Position numbers and translations under genes: made by a program. Below the pieces are notes generated by a model that ran no database searches, was not told the DNA's origin, and worked only from the letters and a program-made list of their open reading frames with translations. 64,000 nucleotides of DNA, from the NCBI GenBank assembly GCA_044892525.1, contig CM097885.1, positions 38,628,001 to 38,692,000 on the forward strand, in the 5' to 3' direction. How positions within the stretch are numbered: position 1 is the stretch's first letter; every line of letters starts with the position of its first letter. The DNA comes from Schmidtea polychroa. Its lineage: Eukaryota. Below are positions 1 through 11,101 of the stretch, piece by piece.

Positions 1-790
1 TCTGAAGAAAACTTGACATTGGATGAGCAACTACTAGAGTTTCGTGGGCGTGTCAAGTTTAGGCAATATATTGCAAGCAAGCCCGGAAAATTTGGCCTCA
101 AGTTCTTCTTGTTGTGTAAATAAGTTTAATGAAATGATTAGAAAAAGCAATCATGATATTCTATTTAATAGTATAAGCATTTCTGGCCGCCAGGAAAAAG
201 ATACAGTGTGCTATTATAGTGGTTGTCAGTGTCTTCTCAGCTTTTGGGACAAAGTAAAGTCACCAGTTTTGCTCCTTTCTACAATCCACAAACCACTTTT
301 CGTTGAGAGAAATAAGTCGGAAATCTTTTTCTTCTTCAATATCATTAAACCGGGCGTCGAGACTGTTAACAATATGGACAGACAAGTGTGATACTGTAGT
401 GCTAAGTGGAAGTTAAAGAGATAGCATTATGACATTTTCGTGAATCTAGTGGCCATTGCTCTAACTAACGCTACAGTTTTATTCAACCCAGAGGAGATTG
501 CTATATCATCTAGTTGAATAAGAGAATTTATAAACAACCTTGGCTACCAATTGATATATAACCAAATATAGCATCGAATTAACAAAGATCATCAATATGT
601 GAAAGTTCCAACGATTCAAACTCTTCGTCGGTGCAGTTACAAATTGTCAATCCATTATGAAATGCAAGGAGTACAAGTTACTGCACGTAAAATTTGTACG
701 ATCTGCACTTGGTCAAAGGATAAGAAAACAAAATTTCAATGTGTGGTATGTATATATCACATGTGCCTTGATCATTGACCTATAGTTTGC
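1..790 (+). mobile_element. piggyBac transposase relic (C-terminal part, with stops and frameshifts)
   Basis: Frame 1 from base 1 reads SEENLTLDEQLLEFRGRVKFRQYIASKPGKFGLKFF, matching the piggyBac DDD-core motif DEQL..FRGR..F.QYI.SKP.K.G.K. Later text reads GVETVNNMDRQV...IFVNLVAIALTNA, then a Cys-rich tail CTIC...CVVC...MCLDH. Confidence 0.85.
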
Positions 791-2559
791 GCATTGTGTA
801 TTTTTTTATAAATCATTTATATTAACATTGTATTTATTAAAAGGCTTGACTATGAATCAGTAAATATATCGATGTTTTTGATATTCATATTAAAGCTATA
901 ACTATTCAAATAAGCGTTATGATTAGATAATATTTTATATTGAGCCTTAAAATAAAGATTTATTTTACACAAGTCGTTGAAATTTTTCAAAAACTATATC
1001 TTGATATAAATAGGCATTACATCTAAAAGACTAAATAAATATGTGTAATGAAAAATATTTTCATATAAAACATTGCCTCCAGTTGGACTGGATGCTTCGC
1101 GCGGATATTAATTGCCTGATTCTTTTTCTCTCATGTTTCCTGGACACGGCTTGGTTGGTTTTCTGTACTTTTGGATAGAAGGGGTTGCCTGATTATAAGC
1201 AGTACCAAAACTCATGTCATGAGTATCCCAGAACTTTGACGGCGCCCGCATCTACTTGACTACCGGCCCTAAACTCAATCAGTCGTTGAGCCTGTTTCCA
1301 AATTGTGATCTTTCGGTTTATTATCGAGACTTGATCCTCAATTCTCGATTTCTCCAATGCCTCAATCTGCCGATATAATTTTTTTACGTAGTCGGGACAG
1401 AACCATGTCGATCCCATCCATTTACAATGGTCCATCAAGGCTTCTTCCAGGTGCGCTTTCTTGACCATCTCATTAGTGTAACGAGCCATGTCTTTTAGAA
1501 ACTTTTCCATCGAGGTATCAACTGAAAATCATAATAGTCAATATAATTTAGCGTGCATAGCACTGATTATAACAGCAAATGTTGTATCAAATTATAGATA
1601 AATAATATTATTCTAAAACGACATAATTGTATGAAAATTAATTTTTAAAAATGATAAATTTCGGTCTTCTTTTTATAATATTTTTCAATAAAAATATATT
1701 TTAAATTTAACAAAATTTCTAATTAATCTTTAAGAATCTTTTAACTTCCTCATACTCGCAATTTATATAGAATGTTAAGTACAAAAATGAAGAAAATAAA
1801 ACCGTTATAAATATACTGAATATGATGAAATTTAAAGCCAATGTCTCTTCTTTTTATCTTTTTATTTATTAACTCGAATTGAGAATATTAACTAATAATG
1901 CTATGCTCAAAACACCTCAAACCTCGTGTTACTCTCTTTTAATATCATACAAAAAACTGTTCTCAGTTTAAATCAAATGTTATACTATTTATTCAAATAA
2001 GACGATAACGATGGTACAGATGACGATCATTCCATGTTCATATCCCTCAGGAGCTTTGTGTCGTGTTCCATCGGTTTTCCTCCGTTGGCTGTATTTCTCT
2101 TCATCTTTTCGCTTTCGTACTATTCATTATCTTTCCAACTGTCCTAAATCTTTAAAATAAATAATCATAATAGTTTTCGAATTTTCAATTGAATATGACA
2201 CATCATTTTATTCAACGTAAATTATCTTCCTGCTTTCCTCGGCTAGGCTATTCTCCCTTCTCGATCATTGGATATTCTCGAACTGGAAAGTCATCGTCGT
2301 TGAGTTCCTCATTTCGTTTGATTTAATTCTGTGTAGGCCTTTTCTTTTCGCTGATCTAATTCCTTCATATTGAAAATTGTTGTCTTGAGTTGGTGTTTGT
2401 CAATAGAGAAATTATTTTCTTGGCTATCCTTCAGCAGGCTCGGAAAATGAAACAATGTTTCCATTTCAAAATTTTGAGCAAAAAGAGATAATTTGTTTTC
2501 AAATGAAATGACTTCTTCTAACTTCGAAAGAATTTTGTTTCCTTTCCTTTGTAGTTTAC

Positions 2560-2825
2560 GGTTTGTAAGTTATGTATAGTGAACACCCTTCCCAAGAATA
2601 AATGCTTCTATTTCTGGCAATAGGGACGCTAAACGTTTTAAAACGTGCCCTTTTGATAACCATCGAATCTTGTTATGAAGCAGAAGATCAGCATATTCAC
2701 TCTCCATTTCAGCTAAAAATTCTTTAAATTGACGATGATTAATCACTAATCCCATAACTTTACTAATTTCTTCCGGAAATGTCTGCACACAAAGCGCTTC
2801 TTGGTGAATAATGCAACGATAAGCT
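2560..2825 (-). mobile_element. hAT (Buster/Charlie/SPIN-type) transposase fragment
   Basis: Minus strand reads RCIIHQEALC...NHRQFKEFLAEMESEYADLLLHNKIRWLSKGHVLKR, the CxxH and RWLS motifs of Buster/ZBED5/GTF2IRD2-like transposases. Confidence 0.85.
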
Positions 2826-2834
2826 TTCGATGAA

Positions 2835-4416
2835 GAATATTGTGGGAATTACCACTGATGGCGCTGCAGCTATGTTTAGCGCATGGAATTCAGTTGGCTG
2901 TTATCAGCGTACTCTACAAAAAACCTATTAATGAGGCTAGTCTGCATAATGAAGAAGATGCCAACGTTACATCTGTTCCCACACCCAGATTTGAAAAAGA
3001 ACAGAATTCCACAGATGACGACGAATTAATTGATGAAGATTACGAAAATTAAAATGGTTTACTCATAATCGCCACTGAAAATGATGATGATAATTCTTTT
3101 CTGGTACATCAGCAAATGTTACCATTAATTAAAAAAGTTCGTAAAGTGGTCAAAATATTTCGAACTTCGCCTACAAAAAATGACAAAATCCTACAAAAAT
3201 ATATAAAAGAAGAGTTCGGGAAAGAATTTTCTCTGGTTTTAGACTCAAGAACACGATGGAATAGTTTGGTGTCTATGATAGAACGTTTCATCAAATTAAA
3301 AAATTGCATCAAAGAGTCTAATAGATTTAAAATCACCTATTTTGTTTTCAGATGCCGAGTTTGAAATGTTGTCGGATATCCTTTCAGTTTTACTTTCCAT
3401 TAAGCTTACAGTTGAAGCAATCTGTCGATAGGATGCAACTTTGTTATCTGTAGATGCTGCTATTCAATTTATGATGAAATCAATAACTGACCATCCATGT
3501 TCATTAGGTTATGAATTGAAAGCAGCTTTAAAAGTACGTATTCTTGAAAGACGAACAGAAATTTCAAGTATTTTGCAATATTTACATGATGCAAACTGCA
3601 ATGAAAATCCAAGCGATGATGAAGCCGATAAAGATTATGAATTATTTCCGATCATTACCAAAGCTGCAATCGCAAAAGTTATTGTTCTACAGATACAACG
3701 TCTGGGTGTGGCCAACTTGCATTAGCAACAACATATACTTCAGCCAAAGTTTCAAATTCAGATACAAATATAATATTCAATGTCGATGATGATGAAGATG
3801 ATCAAAGAAATGAAATATCTCTGACTTTACAAGAAAAGTTGGAGAGGGCAATATCATAAAAAATTTGCACCAGATTACCTGAAAGTGGAATAGACCAAAA
3901 CAAAAATGATCTCACACGCTCAATGAAAAAAGAAATGTCATTTTTTGAGACAAATGGCTTAAGAGGCAAATACTTAACTTTATTATATAATTATTTGCTA
4001 AGTATTCAACCGACCAGTGTAGAATCGGAGAGAGCTTTTACGGCACCTGGCTTAATCTGTACCAGAATTTGGTCAAGGATGGGAGATAATTCGCTCAACA
4101 ATCTATGTTTTCTGAAGTCTTATATCAACAACCAACTACAGAAAAATTAGAACCTTAAAATTTTATGTCTTCTTCCTTTTCTTATAATTAATATATATAA
4201 CTAACATTTTACTGAATTTTGCTTTTCCATTTTTTATTCTTTAAATAAATAAATTTAGTTTTTTTCAATTGACAATATTTTAATTAAATTATTTATTCAT
4301 TCGTATTATTATAGGAAAAATAATAATACCGGTATTAATACCGGGATCCCGGGATTACAAATATTCAATACCGAAATACCGGTATTGGATTTTTGGTCCA
4401 GTATTCCCAACCCTGG
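2835..4416 (+). mobile_element. hAT (Ac-type) transposase relic with 3' end
   Basis: Fragments ITTDGAA, CLAHGIQLAV, LDSRTRWNSLVSMIERF and PTSVESERAF (hAT dimerisation motif) occur in several frames. Subterminal ATACCGG repeats and a terminus ...GTATTCCCAACCCTG lie near 4415. Confidence 0.85.
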
Positions 4417-5529
4417 ATAAGCCAATATCTCGAGATAAATTTTTTCTTTAAAATGGCAACAAACCCTTTTTTGACGCAGGTCATACTTTTGGCCCTGTCT
4501 GTTGAAATCGACTGTTTTTATCGAGATGAATATGATATTTATACATAGACTCCACCACAGCATTTTCAATATCCTATCCACCCTCTCTTAGCAATCTCTT
4601 GACTAACAACAAAACTTGCTATATTAACATTGCTGGAAGATTGCATTCAGTTATTAAATACAGAAGTTAATGGATCGTGACTCTTCTGAAGTTCCTCAAC
4701 TGCTTTCTTCCTTGCATTACCGACAAGATATTTATCCTAAATGACGCATGCTTACTTGTAAAGTGTCTCTCCAGAGTCGAGGGAGTTGGTTTTTTTAGAG
4801 TATTAAGTTTCTCTTTTGTATATTTTTTAGAGTTCTTTGCTTTTCTCGAACGTCGATTTTTCCTTAAGACTTTTGAGTTAAGTCGTTTTGTGTTTTTGTG
4901 CTCTGTTAAGTGTCAATTTGCATGCTAGACTCTGTCGAGTTTTCTGTTGTGTTTTCTCGTGGGTTCTCACGTGGACATCATGAGCACCCGATCAACTTCT
5001 GATTCACTTGGTGTTGGTGTTATTGAATCAGCACCTACATGTTTTAAATTACTGCAATTTTTGGAGTGGCCAATACCAAAATTTAAATCACAAAATATAA
5101 AAAATATAATTTTTTATGACTCTTTATTTCCTTCGCCCCTGAGTAAAAGCCGCTTACTCTCCTTAGCAACTGTTCTTTATCTTATTCCCATTTCATGGTT
5201 ATTTTTTTCTAAATTTTTCGGCAATTTTTCGAAATTTCTTTTTCCGACATTCAATTTATCTTTGTTTTAATCTACCCATTTTCTACATTTCTTTTCTTTT
5301 ATTTACTGATTTAATTTTTCTCTAATTTTATATTTTTATTCTTTCTTGGTTTATTTCCTCTGTTTTTCCTTTTATATCATTTTATTTTGTTTTATATTTT
5401 GTTATTTTCCTATTTCTCTTAACTCGTTTTGATTTTTCATCCATTTTAGTATTTTATTATCTCACTGAATAAACAACAAATGTTCTTCTTGGTTTTTGCC
5501 CAATAATAAGAACCAGGCGAATCTCTAGA

Positions 5530-5855
5530 CTTCTATTTCGGTTCTTTGAAACGTCTTGAAAAACTAGCGAGAGTATAAAAAGACGGAATCACTGTAGTCT
5601 TTCTTTTGTGCTTCCCATTTAGTGTATCAAAATCCTTACAGATAATAAGAAATAATGATCTTAATTCGCTAATTGAAAACGCTTGAGTGATGTTGAAGGA
5701 GAAGTACCAAAGGAATCTCATACTTGAAAGGCAGAAGTCATGAGCACTGTCACGGATTTAAATGTTTCTCTTGCAAATGTTTCTCTTGGGAATGTGGAAG
5801 GTCATTTTGCACGGGACTGTCAGCAATTAGAAAATCTTAAAGGGAAGCTGTAGAT
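5530..5855 (+). mobile_element. LTR retrotransposon gag relic (CCHC zinc knuckle)
   Basis: Around 5763-5820 the sequence reads CFSC / NVEGHFARDC, a frameshifted CX2CX4HX4C knuckle followed by a stop. The flanks are degenerate. Confidence 0.45.
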
Positions 5856-5879
5856 GCCGGTACAATGTAATCAATTTTT

Positions 5880-7270
5880 GTGCAATTCTTGGTATTGGTG
5901 TTACCCCAACGAGTGAAAATGAAGCAGTGCTTATGTTTTTAGATGTAATTTTGTATGATGCATTGCACTACACAAATTTGCAAGATCGGTGTATTTAGAA
6001 ATAGAACATCAATCATACCAGGAGAAAGGGAAATGGAAAATGATAGTTCGGGATGAACTTGAAGCATTCATTGGCTTGTTTATTATTATGGGAGTTTTTC
6101 GGGTCAGATTTAGAGATATTGAGAAACTATTGTTTGACCGAGATCCATTGCATAGTGATAAAAATATTCTACTGGCTCCTGTCAAAAGTATCACTGAAGC
6201 TACATTACCTATTTGTTCTGTGTTAATCTATTACTACCGTATTTCCCAGAAAATAAGACACTGTCTTACTTCAAATTTTCAGAAAAAAAGCTACATAGGG
6301 CTTATATTCGGGTCATATTTTCAAAACAAATTTATTACGTTTAAAAACTAGACATTTATTCAAATATAATCATGTCATCCACCTCATTTACATCACCATC
6401 ATTACTGTCAGTCGGTGTTACAATATTGCCCGAGCAATTCAATAAGTTCGAACCTAAACTACACGTGAAGGAGGTGTATGTAAGACATCTGAACAGAACA
6501 TGTATTAAAATACCTAAAAATCCATGCAAAACCGACACATGTGATTTTAAAATTATGGTCATGATCATTGGATTGGGGATTGAATAACTAACAGATTTGC
6601 CAGTATTTGACACTTTAAAGCATATATTTATGGCTAATTTGAATTAAAATTACTATTTTTTTCGTTATGTAAATAAGTAAACAGATCTTTCAAGGTAGGT
6701 CTTATTTTCAGGGTAGGTCTTATTTTCGAGGTAGGTCTTATTATAGGGGAAATACGGTATATATGAACAACTGTTTTAATTGCATGGGGGTGTTCAATTC
6801 AAAAAACAATGCGAAACTATGGACGTTTGGCATTGAATTGATTTTGTTGTACGATGCGGAAACCGTTATGTCTTCAATTCGATAATTTCCATTGGTAAAG
6901 GCATTCCTTTACAAAATCAGAATGTCACTGCAAAGTCTACTACTCCTCCTCTTATAAAACCTAACTTCAAAACTGACAGGGACCTTACAGGTATGCTACA
7001 AAAACAGTTTTAAATTTATAATTGATTTTATTATACTTTTTTTCAAGTACGTGGTAGTTGGTTTTTATAATTAGAGCTCGCCCATGAATTGAAGCAGCAA
7101 GGCATTTCATATATAGGAACGAAGTGACAAAACAGTCGTGGAGTGCTACTAGCTGCATGGTCAACCCTTACAGAGTACGAAAGGATACTAAAGAGTATTA
7201 TGATGGTAAATGAGTAGTACTTGTGTCTTTCTGAGATAAAGAGAAGCGTTATGTCATAGCAGCAGTATTG
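5880..7270 (+). mobile_element. piggyBac transposase relic interrupted by a MITE
   Basis: ELEAFIGLFIIMGV (piggyBac N-terminal core) lies before the MITE. FGIELILLYDAET and further decayed piggyBac-like text lie after it. Confidence 0.6.
6237..6757. mobile_element. Tc1/mariner-pogo type MITE
   Basis: TIRs CCGTATTTCCCAGAAAATAAGAC and GTCTTATTATAGGGGAAATACGG, flanked by TA on both sides, with three subterminal GGTAGGTCTTATT repeats at the right end. Confidence 0.85.
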
Positions 7271-7329
7271 TCAACTCAATAGGAGTTCTTGTGTTGAAGG
7301 CGATCCACAAATAGGAGAGTAAAGGGACC

Positions 7330-7520
7330 TATTCTAGCTTAAGAATCATGTTAACAGAAAATAAAAAACTAACCGTAAAAACATGGTTAAATTTTAGCTG
7401 CCAAATTTTGCTCGATCCAATCACGGGAGGTGGGTTAATTTTCCCTCGCAAGATTTGCATGGCTCATACAAACATTCAAACATACATACAAAGTGAAGTT
7501 AATATAGAGTTTAAAAGAGA
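7330..7520. mobile_element. Possible Helentron/DINE-like non-autonomous element end
   Basis: A short CATA microsatellite followed by GTGAAGTTAATATAGAG and TTTAAAA resembles the DINE-1/HINE end layout. The other end was not found. Confidence 0.3.
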
Positions 7521-8328
7521 AAGCAAACATTAACTTCAAACGTTCATTAAATGAAACATTACACTTTCAAATTTCCAGTACACAACAAATATAACTTTTC
7601 CAATCAACAGATATAAAATGTTCAACAAAATCAAACAGACACTTCAGTGTTCCTGTATACTATTTGCAAACCCATCAATTCTCTGCGATTGCATGTATGT
7701 GTTTTTTCGATGTATTTAAACAATTCCCAAATCTCCCAGGTCTAACCCAACAATTGGAGATTAGTTTTTTATTGCCTCACTTGACCATATATGTACTGTA
7801 ATGTACTAATTTTATTAAATTATTCTAATTATAATCAATTTGAAACAATAAAATGATAATTTAAGCCTTTTGCTGCAAATAATGTATTTAATGAAAGAAT
7901 TTTCGACTATACGATAGTCCTTGTCAATCTCCTGGAATTTAGCAATGTTCTTCCCCAAAATACCTTTCAATCTTTCTTTGATTTCCTTTCTCTTAATTCT
8001 CATTGGTTGTAAATATAATGAATTGTTTTACTAAAAACTTTTAAAATTTTTTACATTTAAAATTTCAAAATGACACAAACTAAAAATTTTTAAATTTTTT
8101 TACAGCATCTATAATTAGCTTCTAGAAGCCTAATAAAATATTTGAAAATATTTTAAATAAAGCCTCCAATAACTACTTATATATGCTATTTAAATATTTC
8201 AATAAATGTGTCAATTTTGATTTTCAAACCCTATTTTTAAAAATTTTTTTTTATATTATTCTAATTATTACTTTTTAATTTATTCTATTTTTTTTAATTT
8301 CTTTATATATTGTCAGTTATTCTCAAAG

Positions 8329-10778
8329 TCAATGACAACAGATCAAATTCATGATTTCATTGATTTCTTCTTTAGTGTTGATCTTTGGCTGTCTGTTTAT
8401 GATGAGAATTGCTTCTTTGATTCTGACATTTTTCTTTTGGACGTTTCCATTAGCTATGATTTCTATTGAAATATTTTTTCTTTCTTCTGTTGGCTGACAC
8501 TGCCGGAGATGTCTGCCCAACGAGGATGTTCCACCAGGATCTAGATGTTCTTTAACTCTTTGGTGCAATGTCCTGAGGGTACTTCCAATGTAGATTTCAT
8601 TGCATACATTGCACGTGATGCAATAGACGATGTTTTTTCTAAAGCACATATCTTTCGGTGTCTGGCAGTTTTTCATTGTGCAATTGTTTTCTCTATTTAT
8701 GTTGCCTGCCAGAGCCCTTCTCAATGTCCAAGATTTATGTGCTATCCGAATTGGAAGACCGGTACGTTTAAGTTCTTTCAGGATCTTGAAGTCGAGTATG
8801 TCACTGATGAATGGGATATTCAGATAGAAATATTTCTGATTCTTTTGTGTTAATTCCTTAGATCTTCTTGGGGTAGAATTCATTCTTTCAATGTCCTCAC
8901 CTTGGTATCCGTTTCGGTGTAGGATTTTATTGAAATTTGATTGCTCTTTAAAGTTTTCGTTTTTCTCCGTGCATCGATTGGCTATTCTTCGTTTCTCGTT
9001 TCTTATGACATGTACTTTCTGTAAGTATGGAAGCGCTGATCTTTGGTGCATAAATATTTCTTTGCGAGCTGGTTTTCTGTAGAACCCGTATGTTGGAGTA
9101 TTTTCTTCTATTTTGATTCTCAAATCCAATAAATTGAGGGATCCATCTTCTTCCGGATATTCGATTTCGAACTTAATATCTTGATGAGCCGCATTGAATG
9201 TATGAAATATTTCCTCCGCTTCTTTTCTGCTTTTGGTCGTGATGAAGATATCATCTACATATCTTGCATAGAAACCGATGGGTTGTATGGTCCTCAGTGT
9301 CTGTCGTTCGAGGTTATCCATAAAGATGATTGCTAGCAGTCCTGATATGCTAGAACCCATAGGCAGACCTTTAACTTGTTTATAGATATTTTGTTCAAAG
9401 GTAAAATAGGTGTTCTCGAGGATAACAGTAAGTAGTTTGGTGATATTCTCGATATTCATTTCCTTTATTAACAAGTTGCTTTCTCTTAATTTCTTTTCTA
9501 AACATTGAATAGCCTCTGTTGGTTCGATAGATGTGTATAGTGATACGACATCAAGACTAAATGGGTATTGGAATTCTCTATGACAAATCATGTTATTATT
9601 TAGTCTTGTCATGAGGCAGTCGCTGCTTTGAAGATGGTGTGGTATCGTGTCTAATAAAGGTTTCAAGATCCTTGCAAGGAGCCAACTTGTTTTAGTTGTT
9701 GGTCCATTTTTGTTGGACACTATAGGTCTAATTTTGATACCAGGACCCTCTTTGTGAGTTTTAATTAGGTGGTAGAAGTTAGGAAGATCAGAATTTTTTG
9801 TGACGAAGCTGTTGGTTATTCTGTTGTTGAGCCTCATTTCCAAAGCTATGGCTTTCCATACTTTGTTGATCTTCATTTCGATGGTGTTTGGTGACATGCG
9901 GCTGACTTTCTTGTATGTTTCGATGTTGCCGAGGTGTTCGTAACCAGCTTCACAGTAACGATTCTTCTCTATAATGCAAAATTCTCCCCCCTTGTCACTT
10001 GGTAAGTAAACGTACGGTTTCTTTTTAAGGGATTTTAATATTGCCTGTTCGTCTTTCGTTAGGTTTGAGAGATATGGTTTTCTTCTTTCCTTCTCAACTA
10101 TCTCCATGATTTTGTGACAGACCTTTGAGAGTGTTGAATCTAATTCTGCATCAGGATTTGGTTGATAGAGTTTATCTGTGTTTATGTATACTGGGAGCTG
10201 GTTTTCGCTATTTTCATTTTCATGCGGTATTGTATTGTTCCATTTGATCTGGTACGCAATGCGACAAAGAGCTGTTTTGAAATTGAGGATGGCTGCTTCA
10301 TCTATTTCTCTGTTTATACTGAACTTTGGTCCTAGTGAAAGTAATCCTTTTTCACCTTTGGATAGACAATTTGTGAGATCGGTTACTAGTTCTTTGTTCA
10401 CTGTAATGCTTTCGTTTCCGTCCAGTGTTTCATTGTTCATAACAAGGCCTGCTTTGAGCTCCTTTTTTCTCAAAAGGTGTTTGATTCTTTTGTCAAATCG
10501 CAAGGAATAATGTGCTTCTGCTGTCATGAAGGATTGTCTTTGTACCTCGTAGATCAATTCTTTTGGGTGGTTATTCAAATACGTTTTCAAAATGTTTTCT
10601 TAATTCTTTTGTTCCCTATGAGTTTCTCCGTACATACTTCTAATTAAATTTGTTAAAATATAATCTTTGATGTTTTTATTTCTCTTGATGTTTCGATCTT
10701 TGTTGAGAATCTGAGGTAAGTGGATGTTATCAATTGTTGATAACAATTGTTGATAACAATTGATAACATCCACTTACC
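8329..10778 (-). mobile_element. Penelope-like retroelement (RT plus GIY-YIG endonuclease), 5'-truncated
   Basis: 753-codon open frame 8329-10590 with RT motifs SLDVVSLYTSI, GLPMGSSISGLLA and YARYVDDIF, and a C-terminal GIY-YIG/CCHH region NIVYCITCNVCNEIYIGST...RVKEH...LGRHL. The frame continues upstream to ~10735 after one TAA. Confidence 0.95.
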
Positions 10779-11101
10779 AAGCAATCATCATTTTATAATC
10801 AATTTGATAATTAAAAATGATCAATAAAATTACTTAATTTTTGTTCAGCTTTGATAAAAAAAATAATAATTATTTTAATTTTTCATTTTTATCTAGATTT
10901 TAGTGCAATAATAAATAAGAAATTAAAAAAAAATATTGTTTGCAAAATTAACTCAACAAAATTATTTTTTGAAAAAATTGACAAAAAAAATATTAAAATA
11001 ATGCGAATTCTTCCATGTTAAAAGATTATTAATTACTAAATCTCTTTTTTTAATAAAAATAATTCATTTAATTTGTTTAAAAATTTTAATTAAATATTAA
11101 A

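Noticed and set aside
8545..10510. Plus-strand ORFs overlapping the retroelement
   Set aside because: Antisense shadows of the RT/endonuclease ORF with no motifs of their own.
8329..10735. Selenocysteine recoding or hammerhead ribozyme in the Penelope-like element
   Set aside because: The only internal stop is TAA, not TGA. The downstream CTGACAA...GAAA text lacks the CTGANGA core and supporting stems.
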